Below, piece after piece: positions 32,053 to 45,129 of a DNA stretch of 64,000 nt. The DNA comes from an uncultured cyanobacterium. GTDB lineage: Bacteria > Cyanobacteriota > Cyanobacteriia > PCC-6307 > Cyanobiaceae. Under the pieces are notes generated by a model, which worked only from the letters and a program-made list of their open reading frames with translations, did no database searches and had not been told where the DNA came from. The translations under genes were made by a program, and so were the position numbers. The stretch covers positions 162,878-226,877 of the forward strand of contig CAVONQ010000007.1 in NCBI GenBank assembly GCA_963697335.1. Direction: 5' to 3'. The number at the start of each line of letters is the position of its first letter. Within the stretch, counting starts at the first letter, position 1.

Positions 32053-32172
32053 TCAGCGAGGATTGTGCGGTGCCAGGTCACTGGGGCGGGAGAGAACAAA
32101 GCCCACCATGGTGGTGAGCACGATCACGAGGGCAGTGACCCCGGCGATGGCTGCGGAATAGTCGGTACTCAT
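32053..32172 (-). CDS. Small single-TM protein (39 aa) downstream of an hli gene
   Basis: MSTDYSAAIAGVTALVIVLTTMVGFVLSRPSDLAPHNPR; starts 5 nt after the hli stop codon. Confidence 0.6.
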   Translation of the reverse strand: MSTDYSAAIAGVTALVIVLTTMVGFVLSRPSDLAPHNPR

Positions 32173-32177
32173 GGCGA

Positions 32178-32321
32178 TCAACCCAGACCGATCTGGGAAA
32201 GGATGCCTTGGCCCGTGAGCAGCTCGGTGCCGAGACCGATCACGAAGCCAAGCATGGCCAGACGGCCATTCCAGGTTTCTGCGAAGGCACTGAAGCCGAA
32301 GCGGCCGGTGGTGTCGTCCAT
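32178..32321 (-). CDS. High-light-inducible protein (47 aa), too short for the ORF track
   Basis: MDDTTGRFGFSAFAETWNGRLAMLGFVIGLGTELLTGQGILSQIGLG; ExxNGRxAMxG motif. Confidence 0.92.
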   Translation of the reverse strand: MDDTTGRFGFSAFAETWNGRLAMLGFVIGLGTELLTGQGILSQIGLG

Positions 32322-32330
32322 AAAGATCAC

Positions 32331-32353
32331 GAAGTGTTAAAACAACTGTAACA
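32331..32353 (-). promoter_or_regulatory. Putative hli promoter (extended -10 TGtTACAGT overlapping an HLR1/RpaB-like imperfect repeat)
   Basis: Minus strand reads tgttacagttgttttaacac, an AT-rich patch just upstream of the hli ATG. Confidence 0.45.
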
Positions 32354-32423
32354 GACCATGAAGGGACCGGGCTCGCCAAGGTTCCCTCCCTCCTGGGCCT
32401 GTAGCGCCGCCCAATCGGATTTC

Positions 32424-32930
32424 TCATGCAAACCGGGTGCCCTCCCCGGGCAGGTCAATGGGCTCTGCGCTCTCGGCAAGGAGCTCGAAATCGTCGAACT
32501 CGAAACCTGGGGCCACGGTGCAGACCACCAGACTCCAGCGCCCGCAACTGGCGGCGGCCTGCCACCAGTCCGCCGGCACAACGGTCACTGGGGTGAGCGA
32601 GCTTGCTTCCGGGCTCCTGGCGTCAGGCCCGACCGGGGTCCTGAGCCTTGAAACGCTGGCTTGCCCCCCCGCGGGCGGCATCTGCCAGAGGTCGAGGGGA
32701 TCGCCGCTGAGATGCTGCCAGGACTCCTCGGCCTGCCTGACCCGGTGCCAGCGGCTGACGGTGCCTGCAGCCAGCAGGAACACGATCTGGGTGAAGGCGC
32801 TGCGCCTGGCTCCATCGGAACGCGTCACCACCAGGCTGCTGCGGTGGAGTTCCCGATACCAGCCCCCCTCCGGGTGGGCCTGGAGCTGGAACTGCTCCAC
32901 CAGGGCAGCGATCTCAGGTTTGGCAGTCAT
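32424..32930 (-). CDS. Cupin (DUF985/Cupin_5 family)
   Basis: HPEGGWYRE, SRWHRV and CTVAPGFEFDDF motifs. Confidence 0.88.
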   Translation of the reverse strand: MTAKPEIAALVEQFQLQAHPEGGWYRELHRSSLVVTRSDGARRSAFTQIVFLLAAGTVSRWHRVRQAEESWQHLSGDPLDLWQMPPAGGQASVSRLRTPVGPDARSPEASSLTPVTVVPADWWQAAASCGRWSLVVCTVAPGFEFDDFELLAESAEPIDLPGEGTRFA

Positions 32931-32956
32931 CGAGGGCTTGAGCCGGCCCAACCATC

Positions 32957-32981
32957 AAAAACCCCCCTGGTGAGAGGGGGG
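32957..32981 (-). terminator. Rho-independent terminator downstream of psbA
   Basis: Minus strand CCCCCC-8 nt-GGGGGG-TTTTT; a longer stem-loop at 33016..33057 lies between it and the psbA stop. Confidence 0.7.
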
Positions 32982-33066
32982 CGGCGGGGATTCCGTCTGG
33001 TTGGAAGCTTGTGATGGCTGAGCCATCCAGTGAGCAAGCTCACAGAGGGTCTCAGCCCATTCAGCC

Positions 33067-34146
33067 TCAGCCGATCGCCGGGGCGGTCAGAGCCACGGGG
33101 GTGGCTTCTGCTGCAGCCAGGTCGAGGGGGAAGTTGTGAGCGTTGCGCTCGTGCATCACTTCCATACCCAGGTTGGCGCGGTTCAGCACGTCGGCCCAGG
33201 TGTTCACCACGCGGCCTTGGCCATCGAGGATCGACTGGTTGAAGTTGAAACCGTTCAGGTTGAAGGCCATCGTGCTCACGCCCAGGGCGGTGAACCAGAT
33301 GCCGACCACCGGCCAGGCAGCCAGGAAGAAGTGCAGGCTGCGGCTGTTGTTGAAGCTGGCGTATTGGAAGATCAGACGACCGAAGTAACCGTGGGCAGCC
33401 ACGATGTTGTAGGTCTCTTCCTCTTGGCCGAACTTGTAGCCGTAGTTCTGGCTCTCGCTCTCGGTGGTTTCACGCACCAGGGAGGAGGTCACCAGGGAGC
33501 CGTGCATGGCGGAGAACAGGGAGCCACCGAACACACCGGCCACACCCAGCATGTGGAAGGGGTGCATCAGGATGTTGTGCTCAGCCTGGAACACCAGCAT
33601 GAAGTTGAAGGTGCCGCTGATGCCGAGGGGCATACCGTCGGAGAAGGAGCCCTGACCGAAGGGATACACCAGGAACACAGCCGAAGCAGCAGCCACGGGG
33701 GCGCTGTAGGCAACACAGATCCAGGGGCGCATGCCCAGGCGGTAGGAGAGTTCCCACTCACGACCCATGTAGCAGAAGATGCCGATCAGGAAGTGGAAGA
33801 CAACCAGCTGGTAAGGACCGCCGTTGTAGAGCCACTCATCGAGGCTGGCAGCTTCCCAGATGGGATAGAAGTGCAGGCCGATGGCGTTGCTGGAGGGCAC
33901 AACAGCACCGGAGATGATGTTGTTGCCGTAGATCAGCGAACCGGCAACCGGCTCACGGATGCCATCGATGTCAACAGGGGGAGCGGCGATGAACGCCACG
34001 ATGTAGCAGATGGTCGCAGCCAGCAGGGTGGGGATCATCAGCACGCCGAACCAGCCCACGTAGAGGCGGTTGTTGGTGGAGGTGACCCACTCGCAGAACT
34101 GCTGCCAGCTGGAGGCGCCGGAGCGCTGCTGGAGAGTGGTGGTCAT
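33067..34146 (-). CDS. psbA: Photosystem II D1 protein, D1:2-like (MGREWE, Glu at the position-130 equivalent)
   Basis: MTTTLQQRS...NRLYVGWFG...[13 protein letters not shown]; true ATG at 34146 (the ORF track over-extends it). Confidence 0.99.
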   Translation of the reverse strand: MTTTLQQRSGASSWQQFCEWVTSTNNRLYVGWFGVLMIPTLLAATICYIVAFIAAPPVDIDGIREPVAGSLIYGNNIISGAVVPSSNAIGLHFYPIWEAASLDEWLYNGGPYQLVVFHFLIGIFCYMGREWELSYRLGMRPWICVAYSAPVAAASAVFLVYPFGQGSFSDGMPLGISGTFNFMLVFQAEHNILMHPFHMLGVAGVFGGSLFSAMHGSLVTSSLVRETTESESQNYGYKFGQEEETYNIVAAHGYFGRLIFQYASFNNSRSLHFFLAAWPVVGIWFTALGVSTMAFNLNGFNFNQSILDGQGRVVNTWADVLNRANLGMEVMHERNAHNFPLDLAAAEATPVALTAPAIG

Positions 34147-34255
34147 GAGAACAGGTGATGGGTGCTCGAAAGAGCAGGTAAGTAGGACGGCAGAAGCACT
34201 GCAGGGCAAAACCCGGAAGCAGGAACGGCCGCGGGACGGAACCCCGTCGCTGCTT

Positions 34256-34285
34256 AACGTAACAGAACGTTGCGGGGTTTGTGAA
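34256..34285 (-). promoter_or_regulatory. Putative psbA sigma70 promoter
   Basis: Minus strand TTCACA-18 nt-TACGTT with a TG extension. Confidence 0.45.
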
Positions 34286-34365
34286 GAGGGATGTCGTGGT
34301 CGACAGCGATGGGCGCCCGGCGGCGGCCGCTTCGCTATGTCTGCGACACCCACGTGCAACCAGGC

Positions 34366-34722
34366 ATGGCCATGCCAGCCCCCCCGGCCCGCTTTCAGGC
34401 CCGCCTGCCGCTGGCCCTGGCCCTGGCCCTGGCGTCGGCCTTCGCCCTGGCCGCCTGCGAGAAGAAGCCTTCCGCCGAGCTGCAGCAACTGCAGCAGCGC
34501 CTTGAGCAGCAGGACCTCAAGATCCAGCAGCTCGAGCAGAAGCTCAATGCCGTGACGCCCAAGGGAACAGCCGACAGCAGCGGCAAACCTCCGGCAGGGC
34601 CGGTGAAATCCCTCACCTACCGCAGCGGCACGAGCGATGACCGGCTGCGCATCTACTGGGCCGATGGCACCAGCAGCAATCTGCCCTGCACCCAGGAGCA
34701 GGCCACCCTCGTTTGTGGCTGA
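34366..34722 (+). CDS. Hypothetical lipoprotein with a short coiled coil
   Basis: Hydrophobic signal followed by an ALAAC lipobox. Confidence 0.65.
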   Translation: MAMPAPPARFQARLPLALALALASAFALAACEKKPSAELQQLQQRLEQQDLKIQQLEQKLNAVTPKGTADSSGKPPAGPVKSLTYRSGTSDDRLRIYWADGTSSNLPCTQEQATLVCG

Positions 34723-34790
34723 TCGGGTCTTCCGACAGAGGGGCTAAGGCATCAGCCTCACGGCATTACAAGAGCTGCGGGTCTGTCGCC

Positions 34791-35288
34791 ATGGGGCACT
34801 CCACTACCTGCCATCTGCTGGAGCGGGCTGGGCAGTTGGCCACGCGGTGTCTGCTCAGCGCAGGCCTTGTGATGGCCACCAGCGTGCTGGAAGCTCCCCT
34901 CGGACAGGCGCAGGAGCCTTCGCCTGGGAGCCTCACGGGCCAGACCCTGCAACGGATCGAGCAGATCCAGGCGGAATCGGCGGGCCTGCAGAGAGCGATC
35001 AACCTGGCCCGCGGCACCGCGGCCAAGCTCAACGGTGGTCTCAGCGTCTACCGCCCAGCGGTGTGCATGTTTCAGGGGGTGAGCAACAACCCCTGCCTGG
35101 TGGAGCGCGCCGCATCTGGCTTCACCTTCCGCTTCCTGGGCGGCAGCCCGGGCTGGGAACAGCTTCAACTTCCGGCCACGGTGGAAACCGAACTGGTGAT
35201 CTCCACCGACGGTCGCACAGTCCTGCAGATCGTCTACAACGGCCCGCCCAGGCCCGAAGCAGCCCTTCCGGACGGCCCAGAGGCCTGA
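34791..35288 (+). CDS. Hypothetical secreted protein
   Basis: Signal-like N-terminus; NGGLSVYRP and FRFLGGSPGWEQ...ETE motifs; start uncertain. Confidence 0.65.
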   Translation: MGHSTTCHLLERAGQLATRCLLSAGLVMATSVLEAPLGQAQEPSPGSLTGQTLQRIEQIQAESAGLQRAINLARGTAAKLNGGLSVYRPAVCMFQGVSNNPCLVERAASGFTFRFLGGSPGWEQLQLPATVETELVISTDGRTVLQIVYNGPPRPEAALPDGPEA

Positions 35289-35308
35289 GGCTCCGGCTCG
35301 GCTGCCCC

Positions 35309-36304
35309 TCAGCCCGAGCCGAGCACTGCGGCGGCCTCCCCCAGGGCCAGTCCCCAGGAATCGGGCACGGACCACACCTGCCGCTGGGTGAGGCTCAGGG
35401 CGATGCCTTTCTCGCCATAGGCCGCCTCGTTGATGAACACCGCCACGGGAGCATCGCCGCTGCCCCGGCCCTCAAAGCGCAGCACCGTGCCGTCGGCGTC
35501 GAGGAAGAGGGGATCGCCGCTGCGCAGCGGCCACCAGTCCCGCGACTGCAGCGCCGGGTGTATGCAGGCCTGGGGCGAGCCATCGGCGCGCCGGGGCACA
35601 TCCAGGCTGCCCAGATGGCCGTGCACCACCAGGGTTGAGGGCAGCAGCAGGCGTCCCTGCCGGGCCGAGGCCAGCACCGCCAGGGCCGCCTCCAGGGCCA
35701 GCTGGGTCTGACGGCAGATCCTGGCCTGGAGCACCCCCTGGGGCACGGGGCCCACCTCAATCACCACGCCGCAGGGCCACTGCTGCACCAGAAAGCCGGT
35801 CTGGCTGGGATCGCCCTCGTGCAGGTAGATCGGCAGGCCAAGCCGGCTCTGGATCCCGGCGGCCAGGGCCAGGTCGGCCGGGCGGCGGCCGTAGACCACC
35901 AGGCAGTTGCCCATGGCGCTGGTGGTGCTGTGCAGGTCGATCACCGCCCCGCAGGGCTGGCTGCCGCCGGGGCCGTGGCAGGCGATCAGCTCGCGGGCAC
36001 GGCGCACTTCAAGGCATTGGTCGGCAGTGTCTGCCAGCTGGGAGTCACTGAAGCAGCGGTTCAGGTCGCGCTCCAGATAGCGCCGGTTGCAGGCGTAGGC
36101 ATCGGGGTTGCCCAGCACCAGCTGCAGGGGAAGCCCCGCCGTGGCGAGGGTGCCGGGACATTGCAGCCAGTGCTCCAGCAGCCAGGGGGCATTGCGCTCG
36201 TTGCCGTGGGTACCGGCCACCACCAGCACGCCGACGGCCTGACCCGGCGGTGCGGTGCTGGTGGCCGGCGCGCAGCCGGGCTCCTGGCCTGGATGATCGT
36301 GCAC
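35309..36304 (-). CDS. Aspartoacylase (succinylglutamate desuccinylase/aspartoacylase family)
   Basis: GTHGNE, RDLNR, IDLHSTT and FINEAAY motifs. Confidence 0.9.
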   Translation of the reverse strand: MHDHPGQEPGCAPATSTAPPGQAVGVLVVAGTHGNERNAPWLLEHWLQCPGTLATAGLPLQLVLGNPDAYACNRRYLERDLNRCFSDSQLADTADQCLEVRRARELIACHGPGGSQPCGAVIDLHSTTSAMGNCLVVYGRRPADLALAAGIQSRLGLPIYLHEGDPSQTGFLVQQWPCGVVIEVGPVPQGVLQARICRQTQLALEAALAVLASARQGRLLLPSTLVVHGHLGSLDVPRRADGSPQACIHPALQSRDWWPLRSGDPLFLDADGTVLRFEGRGSGDAPVAVFINEAAYGEKGIALSLTQRQVWSVPDSWGLALGEAAAVLGSG

Positions 36305-36369
36305 GGCCCTCTCCCTTGGCCCCTCACGTCAGCCTGGCGCAGAGTCGGTGCAGCAGTGAAGGCAGGCCA

Positions 36370-37359
36370 ATGGCGCCAGCACCGATTCTGGTACGCAGCG
36401 CCCGCTGCGCCTGGCAGTGGCAGTGGCGGCAGCTGATGGGGGGCCTGGCGCCCGCCGATGGGGCCGGCAACTACCGGCGCCCCGAGGGGGTGTTCACCTC
36501 CCCACCCCCGCCGCCGCAGGACGCCGCAGAGCCCGGCGCCCATGTGCTGATCGTGGGCAGGAGCTGCCCCTGGGCGCACAGGGCCTGGCTGGTGTGGAGC
36601 CTGCGCCAGCTCGGCGGCAGCATCACCCTGCAGGTGGCGGAGCCCGATCCAGAGGCGGGCCGCTGGCGTTTCAGGGAGCGGTTCCTGGGCTGCGACAGCC
36701 TGCAGGAGCTCTACCGCCTCTGTGGGGCCCCGGCCGGAGTACGGGCGACGGTGCCGGTACTGGTGTCGCCGCGGCGGGGCGAGGTGCTGGTGGGCGAGAG
36801 CGCCCGGCTGATCGAACTGCTCAACCGCTGGCCCTCCCCCGGCGACTGCGACCTCGACCCCCCAGCCCAGCAGCCCCTGAGCCAGTCCTGGCGGGAGCGC
36901 CTCCAGCACGCGGTGAACGACGGCGTCTACCGCTGCGGCTTTGCCCGCAACCAGGAGGCCTACGACCGGGCGGAAGCCGCCCTGTTCGCCACCCTTGCGG
37001 AGGCGGAACAGCAGCTGGGCGAGAACGAGGCCACCAACCCCTGGTTGAGCGGCCCCGAGCCGAGCCTGGCCGATGTGCAGCTGTTCCCCACCCTGATCCG
37101 CCTGGAGTTGGTGTACGCCCCCCTGTTCGGCGTGAGCCGCCTGCCCCTGAGCCAGCTGCCGGCCCTGTGGCGCTGGCGCTCGCGCTTCCATGCCCTCCCC
37201 GGGGTGGCAGACACCTGCTGGCCGGACGCCTGGCGACAGGACTACTTCGGGGCCCTGTTTCCCCTGCACCCCTCGGGCATCGTCCCGGCCGGCCCGCCCC
37301 TGGCCACACTGGTGGGAGATCCCCCCGCACCTGGGCACCATGACGGACTCCGCAGATGA
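36370..37359 (+). CDS. Glutathionyl-hydroquinone reductase-like glutathione S-transferase
   Basis: CPWAHR, TVPVL, NDGVYRCGFA and LFPTLIR motifs. Confidence 0.88.
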   Translation: MAPAPILVRSARCAWQWQWRQLMGGLAPADGAGNYRRPEGVFTSPPPPPQDAAEPGAHVLIVGRSCPWAHRAWLVWSLRQLGGSITLQVAEPDPEAGRWRFRERFLGCDSLQELYRLCGAPAGVRATVPVLVSPRRGEVLVGESARLIELLNRWPSPGDCDLDPPAQQPLSQSWRERLQHAVNDGVYRCGFARNQEAYDRAEAALFATLAEAEQQLGENEATNPWLSGPEPSLADVQLFPTLIRLELVYAPLFGVSRLPLSQLPALWRWRSRFHALPGVADTCWPDAWRQDYFGALFPLHPSGIVPAGPPLATLVGDPPAPGHHDGLRR

Positions 37360-38008
37360 TCCCACCGGGCTGTCCACGACGGACCCGGTGTGCCAGGGCG
37401 TCTACGGCCCGTTCACGATCACGGCGGAGGATCGCCGCGAGGTGCTGGGCTACCGGCTCAGCCTGCTGGTGGTGGCCCTGGCCCAGATTGCCCTGCTGGC
37501 CCAGTGGCGCTGGCTGGGGGCTGGCTGGCTCTGGCCCTGGCTGCTGCCGATGGCGGCAGGGCTGGGGCTGGCCTTGCGCTGGATTCACATCTATCTGAAG
37601 CCCCTGCATCAGGCCCTTCGGGCCTTCTGGCTGCTGGGCTGCCTGGGCTTCCTGGCCCTGGCGATCCAGGCAGGCCCTGGGGCCATGGCCACAACCCTTC
37701 AGGCAGACGGTCGCTGGATCTGGGCCGTGGGGCCCTTCTTCGCCGCCCTGGCCGGGATCGGCTTCAAGGAGTTCTTCTGCTTCCAACGACCCGAGGCAAT
37801 CGGCGTGACCCTGCTGTTGCCCCTGGCCCTGCTCGGGCAGCTGAGCGGCCTGCTGTCCCCGAGGGCCAGCGGCACCCTGCTGGCCGTCGAGGCGGTGCTG
37901 CTGCTGGTGCTCTGCCTGCGCAAGTTCCCCATGGCCGCCGCGGCGGATGTGGGCGACAAGAGCGTCTTCGCGGCGCTGCAGGATCGCCGCCAGGGCGCCG
38001 GAGTCTGA
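37340..38008 (+). CDS. DUF2301 family membrane protein
   Basis: IHIYLKPLH, FKEFFCF and DVGDKSVF motifs. Confidence 0.8.
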   Translation: MTDSADDPTGLSTTDPVCQGVYGPFTITAEDRREVLGYRLSLLVVALAQIALLAQWRWLGAGWLWPWLLPMAAGLGLALRWIHIYLKPLHQALRAFWLLGCLGFLALAIQAGPGAMATTLQADGRWIWAVGPFFAALAGIGFKEFFCFQRPEAIGVTLLLPLALLGQLSGLLSPRASGTLLAVEAVLLLVLCLRKFPMAAAADVGDKSVFAALQDRRQGAGV

Positions 38009-38009
38009 C

Positions 38010-39995
<1,986 letters not shown>

Positions 39996-40110
39996 CGTCG
40001 CCCGACTCAATCAGCGGCCCACCACAGAGTCGGAATCAGCAGGCATCCGGGCTTGCATGGCCCGTAAGGTGGGCATCAATGCGCTTCGGACCGACCCGGC
40101 CGGCAACTGC

Positions 40111-40329
40111 ATGAACAACATCGACGAGCACATCCAGAAGGACCAGACCGAGATGGAAGCGGCAAAAGCTTCCGGCAACCTCGGCAAGGTCCGCCATCTG
40201 GAGGATGAGCTCAAGGGGCTCCAGGAGTACAAAGCCCACCACCCAGAAGACAGCCACGATCCCTCCCCGCTTGAGGTGTACTGCGAGCTGAACCCCGAAG
40301 CCCCCGAGTGCCGGGTCTACGACGACTGA
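40111..40329 (+). CDS. cp12: CP12 (type with only the C-terminal cysteine pair)
   Basis: C-terminus LEVYCELNPEAPECRVYDD; ATG at 40111. Confidence 0.9.
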   Translation: MNNIDEHIQKDQTEMEAAKASGNLGKVRHLEDELKGLQEYKAHHPEDSHDPSPLEVYCELNPEAPECRVYDD

Positions 40330-40334
40330 GCCCC

Positions 40335-41435
<1,101 letters not shown>

Positions 41436-41474
41436 CTAGGATTCCAGCTGAAAGCGGGCCACGTGGGAGCAGGT

Positions 41475-42689
41475 TTGGCGGAGGTTCGGTTCCACGGGGT
41501 TGGCAAGATCTACCCACCTCGACGGGGCGGCGCACCGGTGGAGGTGTTGCGGCAGTTGGAGCTGCACGTCCGCGACGGCGAATTTCTGGTGCTGGTGGGG
41601 CCCTCCGGCTGCGGCAAGAGCACCCTGCTGCGCCTGCTGGCCGGGCTGGAGCAGCCCAGTTCCGGCACGATCTCGGTGGGCGATCGCGATGTGACGGAGC
41701 TGCGGCCGGCCCAGCGCGACGTGGCCATGGTGTTCCAGAGCTACGCCCTCTACCCCCACCTGACCGTGGCCGGGAACCTCAGCTTCGGGCTGCGGCGCAG
41801 CCGGCCCCGCACCGCCATCCAGCAGCTGCAGGACAGGCTGCATCTGGCCAGCCAGCACCTCCCCAGCCCCCTGCGGATCCGCTCCCCCCGGGAGGAGCGG
41901 ATCGCTGAGCGGGTGCGCCAGGTGGCGGGCAGCCTCGAACTCGCGCCACTGCTGCAGCGGCTGCCGAAGGAGCTCTCGGGGGGGCAGAAGCAACGGGTGG
42001 CCCTGGGGCGGGCGATCGCGCGCCAGCCGGCCGTGTTCCTGATGGATGAACCGCTCAGCAACCTCGATGCCAAGTTGCGGGCCGGCACCCGCGCCCAGAT
42101 CGTGGAGCTGCAGCGCTCCCTGGGCACCACCACCCTCTACGTGACCCACGACCAGGTGGAGGCGATGACGATGGGCCACCGCATCGCCGTGCTCAATGGC
42201 GGCAGGCTGCAGCAGCTCGGCACCCCGCTGGAGCTCTACCAGTGGCCCGCCAACCTGTTCGTGGCCCAGTTCATCGGCAGCCCGCCGATGAATCTGCTGC
42301 CGGTCACGGCCGTGGCGGCGGGGCAGCTGCAGCTAGGGGGCCGCAGGCTGCCGGTGGAGGGGCCCATGGCCGAGGTGCTGGCCGCCCAGGTGGGCCAGGG
42401 GCTCACCGCCGGGCTGCGGCCGGAGCACCTGCGGCTGGCCCCGGCCACGAACCGCAACCTGGCGGCAGAGGTGCAGCACGTGGAGGCTCTGGGCAATGAG
42501 CAACTGGTGAGCTGCCGGCTGGAGGCCGGCGACCACCTGGTTCAGGTGCGGGTGGCGCCGGAGGAACGCCTGGCCGCGGGCCACACCATCCACCTCGATC
42601 CAGAGCCGGCGGGCTGGCGCCTGTTTGACGCCGCCGGCGACGCCCTGGTCCCGGACAGTCAGCCCGCCCTGAGCCTGCCGGATCTCTAG
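41475..42689 (+). CDS. Sugar/osmolyte ABC transporter ATP-binding subunit (MalK/UgpC type)
   Basis: GPSGCGKS, MVFQSYALYPH, LSGGQKQR and DEPLSNLDAKLR motifs; TTG start approximate. Confidence 0.9.
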   Translation: MAEVRFHGVGKIYPPRRGGAPVEVLRQLELHVRDGEFLVLVGPSGCGKSTLLRLLAGLEQPSSGTISVGDRDVTELRPAQRDVAMVFQSYALYPHLTVAGNLSFGLRRSRPRTAIQQLQDRLHLASQHLPSPLRIRSPREERIAERVRQVAGSLELAPLLQRLPKELSGGQKQRVALGRAIARQPAVFLMDEPLSNLDAKLRAGTRAQIVELQRSLGTTTLYVTHDQVEAMTMGHRIAVLNGGRLQQLGTPLELYQWPANLFVAQFIGSPPMNLLPVTAVAAGQLQLGGRRLPVEGPMAEVLAAQVGQGLTAGLRPEHLRLAPATNRNLAAEVQHVEALGNEQLVSCRLEAGDHLVQVRVAPEERLAAGHTIHLDPEPAGWRLFDAAGDALVPDSQPALSLPDL

Positions 42690-42699
42690 CGCCGGCGGC

Positions 42700-45129
42700 T
42701 CATGAGCGCAGATGGATCACGCTGCAGCCGGGGCCGCCATCGCCCTGGGCCGCATCGTCCACCCGCTCCACGTAGGCCACGCCCCGCAACCACTCCCGCA
42801 GGCCGCGCTTGAGCTTGCCGGTGCCAATGCCGTGGATCACCCACACCGGCCCGTTGGCCCGGCGCAGCTGCTCCTCCACGGCGGCTTCCGCCTCATGCAC
42901 CCGCAGCCCGCGCACGTCCACGGTGTTGCGCTCGGTGCGCACGTCGGCACCCCTGCCGCCGAGGCCCGAGCGGGCCCGCACCTGCACCTCGGGAGGCGGC
43001 GGCGGCGAGGGCTTCTCGCCGTTCAGGCCTTCGATGCCCTCCAGGGGCACGCTGAGACGCATCACGCCACAGCGCACGCTGAGCTCGCGGCCGGCCTCGC
43101 TCAGGGCCAGCACCTCGCCGGCCTTCCCCAGGGAGAGCACCCGCACCCGCTCCCCTACCCCAGGCATCCAGCCGCCATGGTTGCGCCGCTCAGGCGCCGG
43201 CCGGTGCTCCTGCTCCAGCTGCCGCAGCCGCTGGCCGGCCTGGCGGGCCGTCTCCCCGAGGGGGCGGCTGGCCTCGCCCCCCTGGCGCAGCCGGCGGATG
43301 ATGCGGCGCACCTCCTGCTGCCCCTGGCGAATCGAGCGTTCCAGGTCGCGGCGACGCTGTTCCTGCAGCTCGGCGCTCTGCTGCTGCTGCTGCTGCCAGC
43401 GCAGCAGCAGTTCCTCGTGCAGCAGCTCGGTGCGGGCCAGCAGGGCGGCCGCCTCCTCTGCCGCCTCCTGCTGCCGCTGGCGCTGGCTTTCCAAGCCCAC
43501 GATCACCTGATTCACCTCCCCCTCGCCCAGGGGCCCGAGCTGGCGCTGCGCCTCCTCCAGCACGGCCTCGCTGAGGCCGAGGCGGCGGGCAATGGCGAGG
43601 GCATTGCTGCGACCGGGAATGCCCCACTGCAGGCGGTAGGTGGGCGAGAGGGTCTCCACGTCGAAGGCCACCGAGGCGTTCTCGAAGCGGGCATCGGCGT
43701 ACTTGAGCGCCTTGAGCTCGCCGAAGTGGGTGGTGGCCAGGGTGAGCCGGGCCCGCTCGGCCAGGTGGCGCAGCAGGGCGGCGGCCAGGGCTGAGCCCTC
43801 CACCGGATCGGTGCCGGCGCCCACCTCGTCGAGCAGCACCAGGGAGGCGCCCCGGGCGGGGGTGCTGAGGGCGGCCAGGATCCTGGCGATGCGCCGGATG
43901 TGGCCGCTGAAGGTGGAGAGGTTCTGCTGCAGCGACTGCTCATCGCCGATGTCGGCCAGCACCAGACCGCACCAGGGCAGCCGCGGCGTGCCCGTGCAGG
44001 GCAGGAACAGGCCGGCGCGGGCCATCAGCACGGCCAGCCCCAGGCTCTTGAGGGTCACGGTCTTGCCGCCGGTGTTGGGGCCGGTGATCGCCACCACCCG
44101 CAGCTCCGGCGCCACGGCGAGGGTCACCGGCACCACCGGGTGACCGCCCTGGCGCCGCTGCTGCCAGAGCAGCAGCGGGTGGCGCAGGTCCACCAGGGAG
44201 AAGGGCGCCAGGGGGTCATCCTCCAGTTCGGGCCGCACGGCCCCGAGCCAGGCGCCATAGCGGGCCCTGGCCAGGCCGGCATCGAGGCGCCGCAGCACCT
44301 GCTGCAGCTGTGCCAGCGCCTCGGCTTCCTGGCCCACCAGGCCACTGAGCTCCCTGAGCACGGCCTGCTCCAGCTCCCGCTCCTGCCCCTCCAGCTCCCT
44401 GAGCCTGTTGCCCAGGCCAATCACCGCCTGGGGTTCCACAAACACCGTGCTGCCGGAGGCAGAGCTGTCGTGCACCAGCCCCGGCACCCGGGCCGCGGCC
44501 CCGGCCTTCACGGCCAGCACCGGCCGGCCGGCCCGCTCGGCCGGCACCGTGTCCTGCAGCAGGGGCGCATAGCGCCGCAGCAACTCCGAGAGGCGATCGC
44601 GGCGATCGCTGCGCACCCCCTGCAACTGGCGGCGCAGCCCCGCCAGCTCGGGGCTGGCGCGATCAGCCACCCGGCCACCCTCATCGAGGCAGAACCTCAG
44701 CCGCTGCTCCAGGTCCGGCAGGGTGCGCAGCTCGGCCACCAGCGCCGCACACACCGGCCGCAGCTGGGGTTCATCGAGCTGGCGGCGCAGGCGACGGGCC
44801 GCCGCCAGGGTGCCCGCCAGCTGCAGCAGCGGCTCGCCCGCCGCGCAGCCGCCCTTGGCACAGAGCAGCACCAGGGCGGCGATGTCGGCCACGCCGTCAA
44901 AGCTGAGCCCCCCCTCCAGCAGGCCGTCGAGGCCCAGCAGCTCCGTGGTTTCCGCCAGCAGGGCGCGGCTCTCGGCAAGGCTGGCCGGCAGGGACAACTC
45001 CAGGCATTGGTTGCGACCGGCCACGGTGCTGGCAAAGCCCGCCAGCTGCTCGGCCAGCCGCGGCCACTCGAGCAGCTCAAGAGCTTCCTGCTCAATACCG
45101 CTCAGTGCCTCAGGCCCCCTGCCGTTCAC
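42700..45129 (-). CDS. mutS2: Endonuclease MutS2
   Basis: TGPNTGGKT, LSTFSGH and LLDEVGAGTDP motifs; C-terminal Smr domain (IHGIGTG). Confidence 0.95.
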   Translation of the reverse strand: MNGRGPEALSGIEQEALELLEWPRLAEQLAGFASTVAGRNQCLELSLPASLAESRALLAETTELLGLDGLLEGGLSFDGVADIAALVLLCAKGGCAAGEPLLQLAGTLAAARRLRRQLDEPQLRPVCAALVAELRTLPDLEQRLRFCLDEGGRVADRASPELAGLRRQLQGVRSDRRDRLSELLRRYAPLLQDTVPAERAGRPVLAVKAGAAARVPGLVHDSSASGSTVFVEPQAVIGLGNRLRELEGQERELEQAVLRELSGLVGQEAEALAQLQQVLRRLDAGLARARYGAWLGAVRPELEDDPLAPFSLVDLRHPLLLWQQRRQGGHPVVPVTLAVAPELRVVAITGPNTGGKTVTLKSLGLAVLMARAGLFLPCTGTPRLPWCGLVLADIGDEQSLQQNLSTFSGHIRRIARILAALSTPARGASLVLLDEVGAGTDPVEGSALAAALLRHLAERARLTLATTHFGELKALKYADARFENASVAFDVETLSPTYRLQWGIPGRSNALAIARRLGLSEAVLEEAQRQLGPLGEGEVNQVIVGLESQRQRQQEAAEEAAALLARTELLHEELLLRWQQQQQQSAELQEQRRRDLERSIRQGQQEVRRIIRRLRQGGEASRPLGETARQAGQRLRQLEQEHRPAPERRNHGGWMPGVGERVRVLSLGKAGEVLALSEAGRELSVRCGVMRLSVPLEGIEGLNGEKPSPPPPPEVQVRARSGLGGRGADVRTERNTVDVRGLRVHEAEAAVEEQLRRANGPVWVIHGIGTGKLKRGLREWLRGVAYVERVDDAAQGDGGPGCSVIHLRS

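Noticed and set aside
40111..40329. CP12 lacking the N-terminal Cys pair, suggesting a phage-derived gene
   Set aside because: This CP12 form is known in picocyanobacteria; it sits in a core context beside obgE with no phage genes nearby.
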